Shown: one piece after another, positions 49,613-61,679 of the stretch
How positions within the stretch are numbered: position 1 is the stretch's first letter
How the letters are laid out: each line of letters opens with the position of its first letter
Source of the DNA: Takakia lepidozioides
Taxonomy: Eukaryota; Plantae; Bryophyta
Assembly (NCBI GenBank): GCA_030704615.1
Contig: CM060731.1
Coordinates: forward strand, 310,001-374,000
DNA: 64,000 nt
Direction of reading: 5' to 3'
The notes under the pieces: model-generated
Database searches by the model: none
Told to the model about the DNA's origin: nothing
Seen by the model: only the letters and a program-made list of their open reading frames with translations
Program-made: the position numbers and the translations under genes

Positions 49613-52236
49613 ACTCATATTACACTGGGACCTATCAGAGGGTACATTGAACACACTGGCCAAGTCTCAAAGCGAACGAAAATCATTTGGATGGGCAACC
49701 ATCCGTTGGCCCATTGAACAAATTTCGATTGATCTCATATTACTCTGGGGCCTCTTCCATGGCACATTTAACATACTGGCCAAGTCTCAAAGCGAACCAA
49801 AATCATCTCGATGGCCAACCATCCGTTGAGCCATCGAATGAATTTAGTTCGGGACCTGTGAGAGGGTATCTCGAACGTACTGGCAAAGTTTGGAAGCAAA
49901 CAAAAATGATTTGGATGGGCAACCATCCGTTCACCCGTTGAATGTATTCCGCTGGATCTGCTATTGCTTTGGGACCTGTTGGACTGAGTTTCGCGTGCTC
50001 ACGATTTTTTTTTCATTCCGTTTTTTAATGGGGCGTGTAATGTAGCCATATGCAACGTGCGTGCCAAATTTGGGAGCGAACATAATTCATTTGGACCCAA
50101 AACCACAGTTTCTTCCCTGTTTTGCACTCCAAACTTGATTTGTGTTCAACTTCATGCACTCTTTCAAAGAGAGTTCTACAATAGTGAGCGAAGAGAACAC
50201 TTTTTTTTTGGGGCATTTTTGATTGGTCGAAATTTTGGCTGGGGAGTAGTGGTGGGATGCTGGAAGCCGCTGAACAAAATTGAGCCAAAAACAAAATCGA
50301 TACGTGCCAGAAACCCCCAATGAAAGGCAGTGCAAACCTATTTATTGGCTTTAAATTATTTTAAATTCAATTACATTATGGAATGGCTTGGTGTCGATGG
50401 GGAGGCAAATGTTTCATTTGTCTGTTGTGTCTCCGCACATGTGTCGCACACATGTTCAAGCACATGCGGGCAAAAGAGGAGCTTCAACCACATCCGTTCA
50501 ATGGGTGCAATAGCCGTGCACGCATAGCAGGATTTTTTTTTCCGCAATGAACAAAAACCAGATGACAACTGAACACCTCATTGGCCCACTGAACAAATTT
50601 CGATTGATCTCATATTACACTGGGACCTATCAGAGGATACATTGAACACACTGGCCAAGTCTCAAAGCGAACGAAAATCATTTGCATGGGCAACCATTCG
50701 TTGGCCCATTGAACAAATTTCGATTGATCTCATATTACTCTGGGGCCTCTTCCATGGCACATTTAACATACTGGCCAAGTCTCAAAGCGAACCAAAATCA
50801 TCTCGATGGCCAACCATCCGTTGAGCCATCGAATGAATTTAGTCCGGGACCTGTGAGAGGGTGTCTCGAACGTACTGGCAAAGTTTGGAAGCAAAAAATG
50901 ATTTGGATGGGCAACCATCCGTTCACCCGTTGAATGTATTCCGCTGGATCTGCTATTGCTTTGGGACCTGTTGGACTGTGTTTTGCGTGCTCACGATTTT
51001 TTTTTCATTCCGTTTTTTAATGGGGCGTGTAATGTAGCCATATGCAATGTGCGTGCCAAATTTGGGAGCGAACATAATTCATTTGGACCCAAAACCACAG
51101 TTTCTTCCCTGTTTTGCACTCCAAACTTGATTTGTGTTCAACTTCATGCACTCTTTCAAAGAGAGTTCTACAATAGTGAGCGAAGAGAACACTTGTTTTT
51201 GGGGCATTTTTTTGTTGGTTGAAATTTTGGCGGGGGAGTAGTGGTGGGATGCTGGAAGCCGCAGAACAAAATTGAGCCAAAAACAAAATCGATACGTGCC
51301 AGAAACCCCCAATGAAAGGCAGTGCAAACCTATTTATTGGCTTTAAATTATTTTAAATTCAATTACATTATGGAATGGCTTGGTGTCGATGGGGAGGCAA
51401 ATGTTTCATTCGTCTGTTGTGTCTCCGCACATGTGTCGCACACATGTTCAAGCACATGCGGGCAAAAGAGGAGCTTCAACCACATCCGTTCAATGGGTGC
51501 AATTGCCGTGCACGCATAGCAGGATTTTTTTTTTTCGCAATGAACAAAAACCAGATGACAACTGAACACCTCATTGGCCCATCGAACGAGTTTCGATTGA
51601 TCTCATATTACACTGGGACCTATCAGAGGATACATTGAACACACTGGCCAAGTCTCAAAGCGATCGAAAATCATTTGGATGGGCAACCATCCGTTGGCCC
51701 ATTGAACAAATTTCGATTGATCTCATATTACTCTGGGGCCTCTTCCATGGCACATTTAACATACTGACCAAGTCTCAAAGCGAACCAAAATCATCTCGAT
51801 TGCCAACCATCCGTTGAGCCATCGAATGAATTTAGTCCGGGACCTGTGAGAGGGTGTCTCGAACGTACTGGCAAAGTTTGGAAGCAAACAAAAATGATTT
51901 GGATGGGCAACCATCCGTTCACCCGTTGAATGTATTCCTCTGGATTTGCTATTGCTTTGGGACCTGTTGGACTGTGTTTTGCGTGCTCACGATTTTTTTT
52001 TCATTCCGTTTTTTAATGGGGCGTGTAATGTAGCCATATGCAATGTGCGTGCCAAATTTGGGAGCGAACATAATTCATTTGGACCCAAAACCACAGTTTA
52101 TTCCTTGTTTTGCACTCCAAACTTGATTTGTGTTCAACTTCATGCACTCTTTCAAAGAGAGTTCTGCAATAGTGAGCGAAGAGAACACGTTTTTTTGGGG
52201 CATTTTTGATTGGTCAAAATTTTGGCGGGGGAGTAG
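49613..52236 (+). repeat. ~993-bp satellite, ~2.6 head-to-tail units
   Basis: ctcatattacactgggacctatcagagg at ~49614, 50609, 51602 (period 995/993). Confidence 0.95.
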
Positions 52237-53670
52237 GCTTGTTCACCAAATAAATCAGAGCTTGATGATCCACATAGAACATAAACTTCCTTCCCAGCAA
52301 ATAATGCTTGAACTTCTTGACTGAATAAATCATTGCCAAAACTTCTCTTTCGGTGGTGCTATAGTTCCCTTCAGCACTATTCAACAGTCTGCTAGCATAA
52401 TACACAAGTGAATCTATGTTTCCTGTGACATTTTGGGCTAACACAGCCCCCAATGCTTTTCCTTAGGCATCCAGTGTACATGAAATACCATATGCCAATG
52501 AGGGTTAATCAGCACAGGTGTAGTTGTTACTGACAATGTAAGTTCCTCAAAGGCCTGTTGACATTCAGCTGTCCATGCAAACACTGCATCCTTCTTCAAG
52601 AGCTTGCTCAATGGTACTGCCTTCTGTGCATATCTTCTGACAAACCTTCTGTAATAACTGGTTTGTCCAAGAAACCTCCTTAGAGCCTTACCATTACTTG
52701 GTGGTGGTGAGGCTTTAATAGCCTCTATCTTTCTAGGATCTACAAGCAGCCCTTTATGACGCACAATGTGTCCCAAAAGAACTCCTGAGTTCACACAGAA
52801 AGTACATTTTTCTGGATTCAGCCCAAGACCTCTCATCCTGCATCTGGCCAAATATAATTCCAATTTCTGCAAGTGCTCATTTTTAGAGCTGTAAACACTG
52901 AAGTCATCTAAAAACACTTGCATAAGATCATCCAAATACTCATGGAAAGATTCACTGATCACTCTCTGGAAAGTTGCTGGTGCATTACAAAGTCCAAAAG
53001 GCATGACTTTGTATGCATAAGCACCCCAGTCTGTGATGAAAGCAGTCTTTCCCTGGTCTTCTTCAGCTACCTGTACTTGTTTATACCCACTGAAGCCATC
53101 AATGAATAAGTACATCTCATGGCCTGCCACAGTGTCTAGCACAGCTTCTGTGAACGGCAAAGGAAATGGATCTTTCTTTGTGCAATCATTTAGCTTCTTG
53201 TAGTTCACACAAACTCTCACTTTGCCATTCTTCTTGGGAACTATCACGATAGGTGATAGCCAAGTGGTGTACTCTATCGGGTATATAAACTTAGCCTCAG
53301 CCAGCTTCTTTATCTCCTCCCCAACCTTTTGTGCATAGTTGGGATTCATCCTGTATCTTGCTTGTTTGATTGGTACAAAACCTGGTTCCAACTCAATCTC
53401 GTGCTAGCATATTTCAGGGGGTATCCCCTTCAAGACTTCATAACTCCAGGCAAATACATCTTTGTATTTGATAAATAGGCTCTTAGCTTCCTCAAAGAAT
53501 TCTGGCTCCAAGTCAGCCCCAACTTTCACCATTCTTGGTTCCTCCTCAGTTCCCACATTGACTTCTCTCACCTGCTCTTCAGCTGTGATAGTCCATCCAG
53601 CCACTACTTCATCCTATAAACTCACAGTGGCAGGTTCCTCTAGGATTTCTATTTCTCCCTCCACATGTTG
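52232..53670 (-). pseudogene. Gypsy RT + RNase H (5' part of the pol whose integrase is at 31987-33415)
   Basis: PIVIVPKKNGKVRVCV, MPFGLCNAPATFQR, VFLDD, GAVLAQ, NYSTTERE, VDHQALIYLVNKP. Confidence 0.95.
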
Positions 53671-56600
53671 TAGATCGAGTTGTTGTCATGGCGGACCATG
53701 GTGGGAAGGAGTTGCTGGGAGGCGACAGAGATGGCGGGAGGAATCCAGGCGGTGGCGGGAGAACAATAGGTGGAGAGCTGTGGCATGTGACACTTGGTGG
53801 TCCAATTTAGTGCAGTGAGAGGTGAGGTTTCAGGCTAGAAAAGCACACAGTTCTGCACACTTTGGATCACTACGTGCTTAAATAAGAATAAGCACTGAGG
53901 AGAGTGGGGTCCCACTTTACATGCAGGATTGGCCATTTGGCACACATTTAGGGTTTTCCAAGGGCTTACTGCAGTTCATGCATCCCATCTCCTTTATTTC
54001 ACTACTGCACCATAGGATACCTTTTGCTCTTGTGGGTCGAGCTGTTGGGTGAGTTATTGGGTGTAGTAATTGGTGTGTGGGGCCATTTCAAGTGCACATC
54101 TCGTGCATATCAGGTCACATATAGGCTTCATATTAGATAATATTTCAGTGAGTCATGATACCCTCTATAGCTCAGACATAACATTTTTGTGTACTGCCAC
54201 TTTGATAATATATACATCCAATTCATCCAAAATTCATGCAATTCATACACAAGCTGTTTGTTCAATTGCTCATCCAGTCATACAAATTTTCTCCTTACTG
54301 CACCAATTGTATGGGCATATCTGCTTAAACGCTCACATTTGGGTGTAACTACCTTATGTTCGGTCCTCCTTCCTACCAAACCAGGGATGCCTCGGCGTGA
54401 GCCTGGTCACGTGAGCGCGTGAGCGCAACTGCGCTCACGCCACGTCACCTTGCACCAATGCCACATCACGGGGCTCACTCCACGTCATCACACTTTAAAA
54501 CCGCGTCACCACGCGCCCAGGAAGAAGTGGAGTGTATTCCCGCGGATTGGCACCCTTTAACGCGGAAACAAGCTGGACGACATAATAAAAGGCAATGGTC
54601 ATTCCCACCTGAAAGCAACAGATGAATAAAGGATGGATGAATGTACAGTTGGATGATAAACAGATGGATGAGTGTGAAAAATGAATGTAGATGGATGAAT
54701 GAGGGATGGATAAGAGTCAAATGGATGAATGTATAATGGATGTTGAGCAATGGAAAACATTCATGACAGGAAGATGTGTGACTAAAACTTTAGACGAATG
54801 CACAACGTATATGACATGAGTGTGGTAGGTTTGTGGGGTGGATTAAAGAGTACAGAGGATGAATGTACAATGGATGTTGAACAAAGGAAAACATTCATGA
54901 ATGGAGCACGCATGAATACACTGTAGATGAAAGCACAATGGATATGACAAGAGTGAGGGAGGTTTGTGAGATGGATTCATACATATTGCAATATAAATGG
55001 TAGTTGATTCTTTGATTATTTTTCTTTCCAAAGGAACAACAACGGTGGAGGAAGGGGATTCAACGTTTTCCAAAGAGGATGAAACAGAATATTAAAAGAA
55101 CATAGTTCAGTCTGACTCAGAGTCAGTACAATGTATCCCGCTTCCTCTACATCTAAGTCTAAGTATTTAAGAACTCCGGATCTACGCTGGCTACACCTAC
55201 GGCCGGGCAAAAAAGTAAGGGGATAGGGACTCGGCCGCGTGAAGTGCCATTGCTTCGGCATAATCAGGAAGCAGAAAATTGGAAAGGGGGCTGTCAAAAA
55301 CAGACTCGCCACAAATGACTATATCTCCTGAAGATCCACCGCTGTCTTTCCTGAAAGACAGCCTGAAAAAGTTATTACTGTAACTTTGATGTTATTGAGA
55401 AATTGAGTATGGCTCCCAAAGTGGGTTTAGCACTTACTCACATGAAAAGTCGTTGTCGACATGCTTATCTTCGGGATCGTCATCATTTCGATTTGAATCC
55501 GATCAGTCTGTGTGCCTGAAGTGGAGCCAGACAAAGGGGAGGAGCACTGTGTTGTAGAGGTCAGAATCACCCTCCATTGCCAAAAGGCTTCTTCCACCTG
55601 CCTTGCATGCATGGTAAGTTGCTCCTGCACCAGACAGGAGGACATGAACAGTTTGGTGGGGGGGGATTAAGCAGATGGAACTGGTTGAAAAGAAAATCAA
55701 TTTCAGAAGGGAGAGGGAGAGAACGAACCTGTGGACACAGAAAGATCGACCACCCGTGCAGAGTGGTGGCTGCATGACTCCAGCAGTATTTGCATGAACG
55801 TTGGGGATTTTTCTTTGACACCTCTCCAGGGAGTGCCATCTGGTCTCTTCAAAGTCTGACTGGACTGCATGAAGTTGTACAAAATGTCATCGACATGCGG
55901 CTCATAGGGGGGGGGTTGACGAAACAACCCTGGCCAGAAATCTCAAAGCTGCGGATGGAGGATGGTGTCTTTGAGGTGCGAATCCTCCGCAGGCAGATCG
56001 CCTCGAACATCCTCGTCTGCCAAAGATAGCAGTTAGTGTGGTAAACACAATCTATAGTGGAAGTGTGTACATCGGCTATTCAGAACTCAGGCATAAAACA
56101 ATCATTTTTATCACGAATCGGTGATGATCGGTGTCGATCATGACAGATTCTTCTAGAGTGGAGCTGCAGAGAACATTGAAACTCATCATGAAAGCACAAG
56201 CAGAAGGGAGACGGCATACCAGCTGACCAGGGAAACCCCCTTTCACAAGGTAGAGGTTGTTCACACAATTCCATGTGCGCAAAACTTCAAACCCTGAAGA
56301 CTTCAGGTATGATGCCAATGCCCGACGACTATCTTTGTCACATGACTGAAAAAGCAGAAGTGTCCCTGCATCAGAGAGGAAATTATTACAGAACCCGGAC
56401 ACCCAACTCCACTAGTTGTCCTCGAATTTGTTCCAGCCTGGCGTCTTGCCCTTTGGAAGAACTTCTGGCACAGCCTGGCCATCTGGGATGTCGAGAATGA
56501 CAATGTCAGCCGCATATGTTTTCTGCACACCGCACACGAAGGTGGGACCAGTGCTCACCTGCAACAGACATGTTTATTTTAAGAACAATGGCAAGAATGT

Positions 56601-57484
56601 TTTCAAAGAACCAGACTAAAATACTGCCAATGAAACTTTCAGAGAAAAAGGAAAGAAATTGGAATTCTCACCAGATTGAGGAATGAGATTATGTTGTCCC
56701 AGGTAGGCGAAGGCACCCCAGTGTATCCTCTCTTTCGACTCTGCATCATCGCTAGCCAACCCTCATTGACAATTTTAATCTCTCTTGCCGAATCAGAACG
56801 GGAAGGGTGTGGCTTGGCATCAAACACGCACTGAACTTTGCGGGTATATCTTCCAGCAGTGAAGTCTTGCCCACTCTCCTTTTCCTTCTCCATCTCCTTT
56901 TCTTTCTCCTTCCCCTTGTCCTTTTCCTTCTCCTTCTCTTTGGACTTGTCTTTGTCCTTTGGCTTTGCTGGTGAGATGGCTATGACATCAGGAGCCTTGT
57001 CTTTTGGTTTGCGGCCCGCCTTCTTTCCCTTCTTTGGCGTTCCCTGAGCATCAGGCTCATTGGCAGCCAATGTTGCTATGTTTCTTTGGTATTGCTCGTC
57101 AGTCAGAGGCACCAGCATCTCAGCATTATTGTTCAAATATTTCATGTGTTGTTCTTGAAAGGTCGTGTGCTCCGGTGGGCAGTCAAGGTACCAGCCACAG
57201 TCTCTGAAGTGAGAAGGACTCCAGTCCTTCAATATCCCTGCAGTATACATGGTTGGATCGTTTGCAGGGTCCGACCACATGTCAAGATAGTCTGGAATAC
57301 CGCTCAGGTGATTTCCTTCCATAAGCACATATTCCGTGTACGTGTTAAACAGGAGATAAATCCCAACCCACCAAAGCACGAAGTGAGTAAGATGCAAGTA
57401 GCACAAAATGAAAAAAACATGGAATGAAATGGCTCTGAGAACTGCTCCAAGGAGCTCTCAGGACCACGCGACAGCTCTGGATGT

Positions 57485-58232
57485 GAATGTCGTCAACGCC
57501 ATTCAAAAAATTCCATTCAATGATACTGCAAATACACCCTAATCCACGTGAATGCAAACTCTCGCTTTGGAATGACACAGACATAGAAGTGAATGTCGTC
57601 AACGTTATTCACTTTGGATTTGTGAATACACTGCTAATCAAGCCTACTGATTTCTCAAAAGAGGCAAAATCATTGGATGGAAACTGAATGTCGGCAACGA
57701 CATTCAGAAACTCGAGTAAGGAACCCTCCTTAAAAACTCAATGGACATTCAAAACGTACATAACACTAAGGACCTCATAATAACACTGGATGTGAATGGC
57801 GTCAACGCCATTCACAAAATTCTGAACAAGGAACCAATAAATACACCCTAAGCTCCTAATCCATGTAAATTCAAATTGTCGCTGGTGAATGACACAGACA
57901 TAGAAGTGAATGTCGTCAACGACATTCACTTTGGATCTCTGATAACACAGCTAATCAACAGTCAAAAGCATTGCAGAACAATTGAATGTTTGCATTGACA
58001 TTCAGCAAACTGGAGTGAGGAACCCTGTAAACTCTATGGACATTACAAAAACTTACATATCTTCGAGGACCTCTTAACAACTCTGGATGTGAATGTCGTC
58101 AACGCCATTCAGGGACATTATCAATTCTAATCAGGGACACTATAAATACACCCTAAGCTCCTAATCCAGGTGAATTCAAATTCTCGCTTAAGAATGACTC
58201 AAACAAAGAAGTGAATGTCATCAACGACATTC
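57485..58232. repeat. Intronic cluster of GAATG(T/G)CG-N4-CG(A/C)CATTC palindromes within a ~300-bp triplication
   Basis: Copies at 57485, 57591, 57686, 57794, 57908, ~57984, 58091, 58213; perfect arms at 57686, 57794 and 57908. Confidence 0.9.
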
Positions 58233-60109
58233 AATTTGGATCTATGATTACAATCCTTATGAAGCCTAATTATTTCCCAAAAAGTGCAGTAGAGTTTCCA
58301 GTATGATATTGCACCTGTACACAACTCGCATCATGGCCCACTCTCCTCCAACCTGACTGTCAAAGTCGTTGGACCGTAAAATGTTACCATCTTTGGAGGA
58401 ACTCCCGGAAAAAATAGTATCTCCAGGTGAGACCTCTCCACTTCCTTATGTATGCCTCCAATGACATTTGGGGAGGGGAAACAATCGAAATGTTCAAGTC
58501 CTTCAAAGTCTGATCCAGCACAATGACGGCGCGCTTTTCGAGCTGCAAATTATATATTTGTCAGTATTGCAAATAAGATACTCATCACATAATTGAAGAA
58601 AAGAAAACGGCTTATTTGAATACACACCTGACTCCAAAATGTAGCCTTGTGGAGCCAGTTATCAAACACCAAATCACTGATTCCTTCCACCTTTGTGCCA
58701 GGTTGTATGGTGCTCTTTGGGAACTGATTCAAGTCCTTTACTGTCTGATCTGAGTTCCATATCTCCAGCCACCTTATTTTTGTTTGTGGGTCGACCATGG
58801 ATATGGCCAGCGGGTGCAATTTCTCCTGCTGCATCTCCGGATGCACATGCTTGTCATAGTGAGATTTGATCTGCTGAAGGAACTCAGAACCAAGTCCAGG
58901 ATCTACTATTCTAAGCTGCTTTCCGAAGGCGGACATCAATTTGGTTCTTCGCATTTCAAACTCATTCTTTATTGCTGCTTCCACACCCTTTGATGTCCTT
59001 AGTTCCTCTGGTGTAGTGCGGTAATATTCGGATTTTCCCTTCTCAGCTGCCTCTGCCAGTTCTTGCTGCATTGATTCAAATAGTGATTAGCACCGAAGGA
59101 ACTACAAACATGTATTCGAAAAGTAAACTGAGTACAGACTCGAGCTTACCGCATACATGTACTCCAGAAACGCCTCTCGAGTCAAAGAATACCAAGTACC
59201 TGCAGCTCTTCCTGTTTCGCACTTCTTGATTATATTGGGGGGGAGTACTGTCCGAAAATCATCCAGCTTCATCAGACCAATCCTCTGAATTCGGAATAGT
59301 GTGTGGACCAAGCTTGTTGTCACATGCGATTTCTCTGTCGATCTGCAAAAACATTGGAAACATTGCATTCCTTAACACTGTTTTTTTGGGATTAACAAGA
59401 CACTACAGAGGGAATGAAGTCTCTATGATGACTTACTTGTTCACGTCGTGCATAGCTGTAAGAAGCCTAGCGATGTCGTTTCCAGGATCCAAAACCATTG
59501 CCTCCACAGCAACATGCTTGTCTTTGTCTTTCGCATGATGTTTCTGAATGTATCCCATCCATGCCAACAATCGGTGGTTGCCGTCCCAGACGTAGAACAT
59601 GTGGTTGCAGAATTGCTGGGTGTTCTTTCCCATCATGAGGCCCAGCTCGAACTCCTCATTAGCATCTTTCCAGCACTCATCCCAGGTATCACTGATCTCT
59701 GGAGACACTAATGTGTTTTTCCCGTTTATATCCATCAATGACATATAAAAAACTTGTGCACCAAGTCTGTATCCATGCACGAAATCACTCTCCAATTTTG
59801 TAATGTCATGGGAAAGAGGTGGACGCACAACAGGCATAGATATCATCCGGCATAGAGGGATGTCCAGACGCCCTCCAAATATGAGCATGTCCCTTATAAC
59901 CTCCTGAGAGTTTACCCTCTGGAATGACATGAGTTCTTTCACCTTGTCAAGGTAGTGCACTTTAGATTCATCTGCTTCATTGTTATTCTCTGAACTTTTT
60001 CCAGACTCGTCCCCATCTCCAGATCCTTTCCCCTCTAATCATGTAGGCTTGGACCTCACAGTTTTGTGCACGATGCCATTTAAATCTGACTGAGTAATGT
60101 GCAAATAGT

Positions 60110-60875
60110 GAACGGCGGTAACGACCATCACTCTCTCTCGTCTCAACTCACAATGAATGGTGTGAAACAAATTCAGAACCATCTACACAAGAAAGCTGAT
60201 CCTGCCGAATTCAAAACAAAACACTATGATTCTAGGGACACAGGAACAGAAAGGTTTTGAGCAAGAGCGAACGGCGTTAACAACAATCACAAAAGAGTGG
60301 GACCTGCCGGATCGGTGTTGTGCAATGACATATATGTGTAAGTGATTGGCAGCAACGACATTCAGTATAGTTTAGGGCGGACAGTAAGTGCAGATTATTC
60401 AGATTGACTCCATTGTGATGAACGTCGCAAGCATTCACTGTTTCTTGTCTATGTCGAGAGTACTTTCCAATCGATACTCTACCTGAATCTACAGTATGGT
60501 CTTCAAATCTTTGATTGGCGGTACCGCCTTTTCACTTCTCTATTTGTTCAACCTCAAACAAAGAAAATGCATTGCAAAACAATATGACTGAATATGCCGA
60601 CCCTCACTCTCTCTTCAAACACATAGGTACATAAATCTCATGAGGAGAATCGAATGGCGTTAACGACGCTCGCAATTCAGTAGACTTCAATCACATGTTC
60701 CTGCTAAAGAAGGGAAGAGGAAGGACTGCTTGAAAGGCAATCAGACAGACTGTATGATCTGAACAACAGTGAATGACGGTACCGTCAGTCACCCACTCAT
60801 TGTGCGGTAAACCCTTAACAGAGGAGTAGAAAGCAAATCACCGTTGTTTCATGGTGATGGTCGGTAGCGACAATC
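60110..60875. repeat. Dispersed degenerate copies of the same palindrome in intron 1
   Basis: e.g. gaacggcggtaacgaccatc (60110), gattggcagcaacgacattc (60344), gaatggcgttaacgacgctc (60652), gaatgacggtaccgtcagtc (60771). Confidence 0.6.
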
Positions 60876-61679
60876 CCTTTCTGGGACATTCCACTCAATC
60901 TCTACGCAGATCTTCAACAATGAAATGTAAGTTAGAGAAAACTTACTGGCGCCTTCTTAGGTTTTGAAATTGGATCCCCTTCTGCAGCTTTCCTCTTCCC
61001 TCTCACATCTGTTGGAATTTCTGTCTGCTCTAGGGTTTCTGGACCTTCTCCCGGTTCAGCGTTCCTCGTACTTCCACCTCCTTCAGTTTCCCTGCGAGTC
61101 ATCTCTGCATCCACAGGCTGGTTTCCAACGCGCACTGTTATCGCCGACTGTGTCACAGCCGTTGCCTCAGTCTCGGTCTGCTCTTGTGAATCAGTCTCCG
61201 CGTTCACCTGCTGCCTTGGCCCTGTGTTCTCCAACAAACGACGCCTCGTCATTTGCTCTCTTGCTCTGCGTCTCTCTCTAAGGGAAGTAAAATAAAGAGA
61301 CTTTCTTCTCTTTCGTATTGTAGAAGGAACCCTCTCCAGCTTGACTACCACTCTCCCTCTAAGCGCGAAAAGTAGAAAAACAAAGTAACTCCCGATTTCT
61401 TGCGGGATTGCGTGCGTTGTTGCTAGTCTCTAGAAGCATCGGATTCCCTCTCGCGTGACCGTTACACATAGTCATTCCCTTATTAGTGCACATGCCAGCA
61501 ATTAGTGTACAGCTGTTTGTATTCAATATAGTTATCGATGTCTGACGTGTGTCGCCCAAAAGAAACGGCGTGTTCTTTATTAGAACGGTTTCAATATTTA
61601 AAAATAACAGCGAATCCCAAAAATCTTGGCGCACAGTCTTAGACAAATATATGTAAATGAACGAGAGTTTGATGACAAA

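Larger units (their letters stand above)
55120..61252 (-). pseudogene. Multi-exon gene: acidic/basic N-terminus + ParB/Srx domain + helical/KE-rich middle + beta-class N4C/N6A DNA-methyltransferase-like domain
   Basis: Approximate exons: 61252-60947; 60089-59437 (IPLCRM..VVRP..FYVWDGNHRLLAW); 59342-59150; ~59101-58629; ~58543-58315; ~57385-56672; ~56559-56220 (ADIVILDIPDG..GWN..FLSDAGTLLLF); ~56018-55729 (WRGVKEKSPTFMQILLESCS..VVDLSVST); 55624-~55440 (GATYHACKAGGRSLLAMEGDSDLY). GT-AG introns; in-frame stops at ~60040, ~59088, ~56413. 3' end uncertain. Confidence 0.75.

Noticed and set aside
49613-52236. Many short ORFs (e.g. MHCLSLGVSG..., MNTLAKSQSE...) as a gene family; rDNA/5S unit
   Set aside because: They are translations of satellite in all frames with homopolymer frameshifts; no rRNA motifs recognised.
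54383-54480. Ac-like TIR (CAGGGATG) as the end of the ParB-MTase element
   Set aside because: Only a short match, with no partner TIR or TSD identifiable in the window.
43987-59960. Bacterial or plasmid contamination as the source of ParB
   Set aside because: The genes have GT-AG introns at conserved positions and are interleaved with plant-type LTR elements and satellite.
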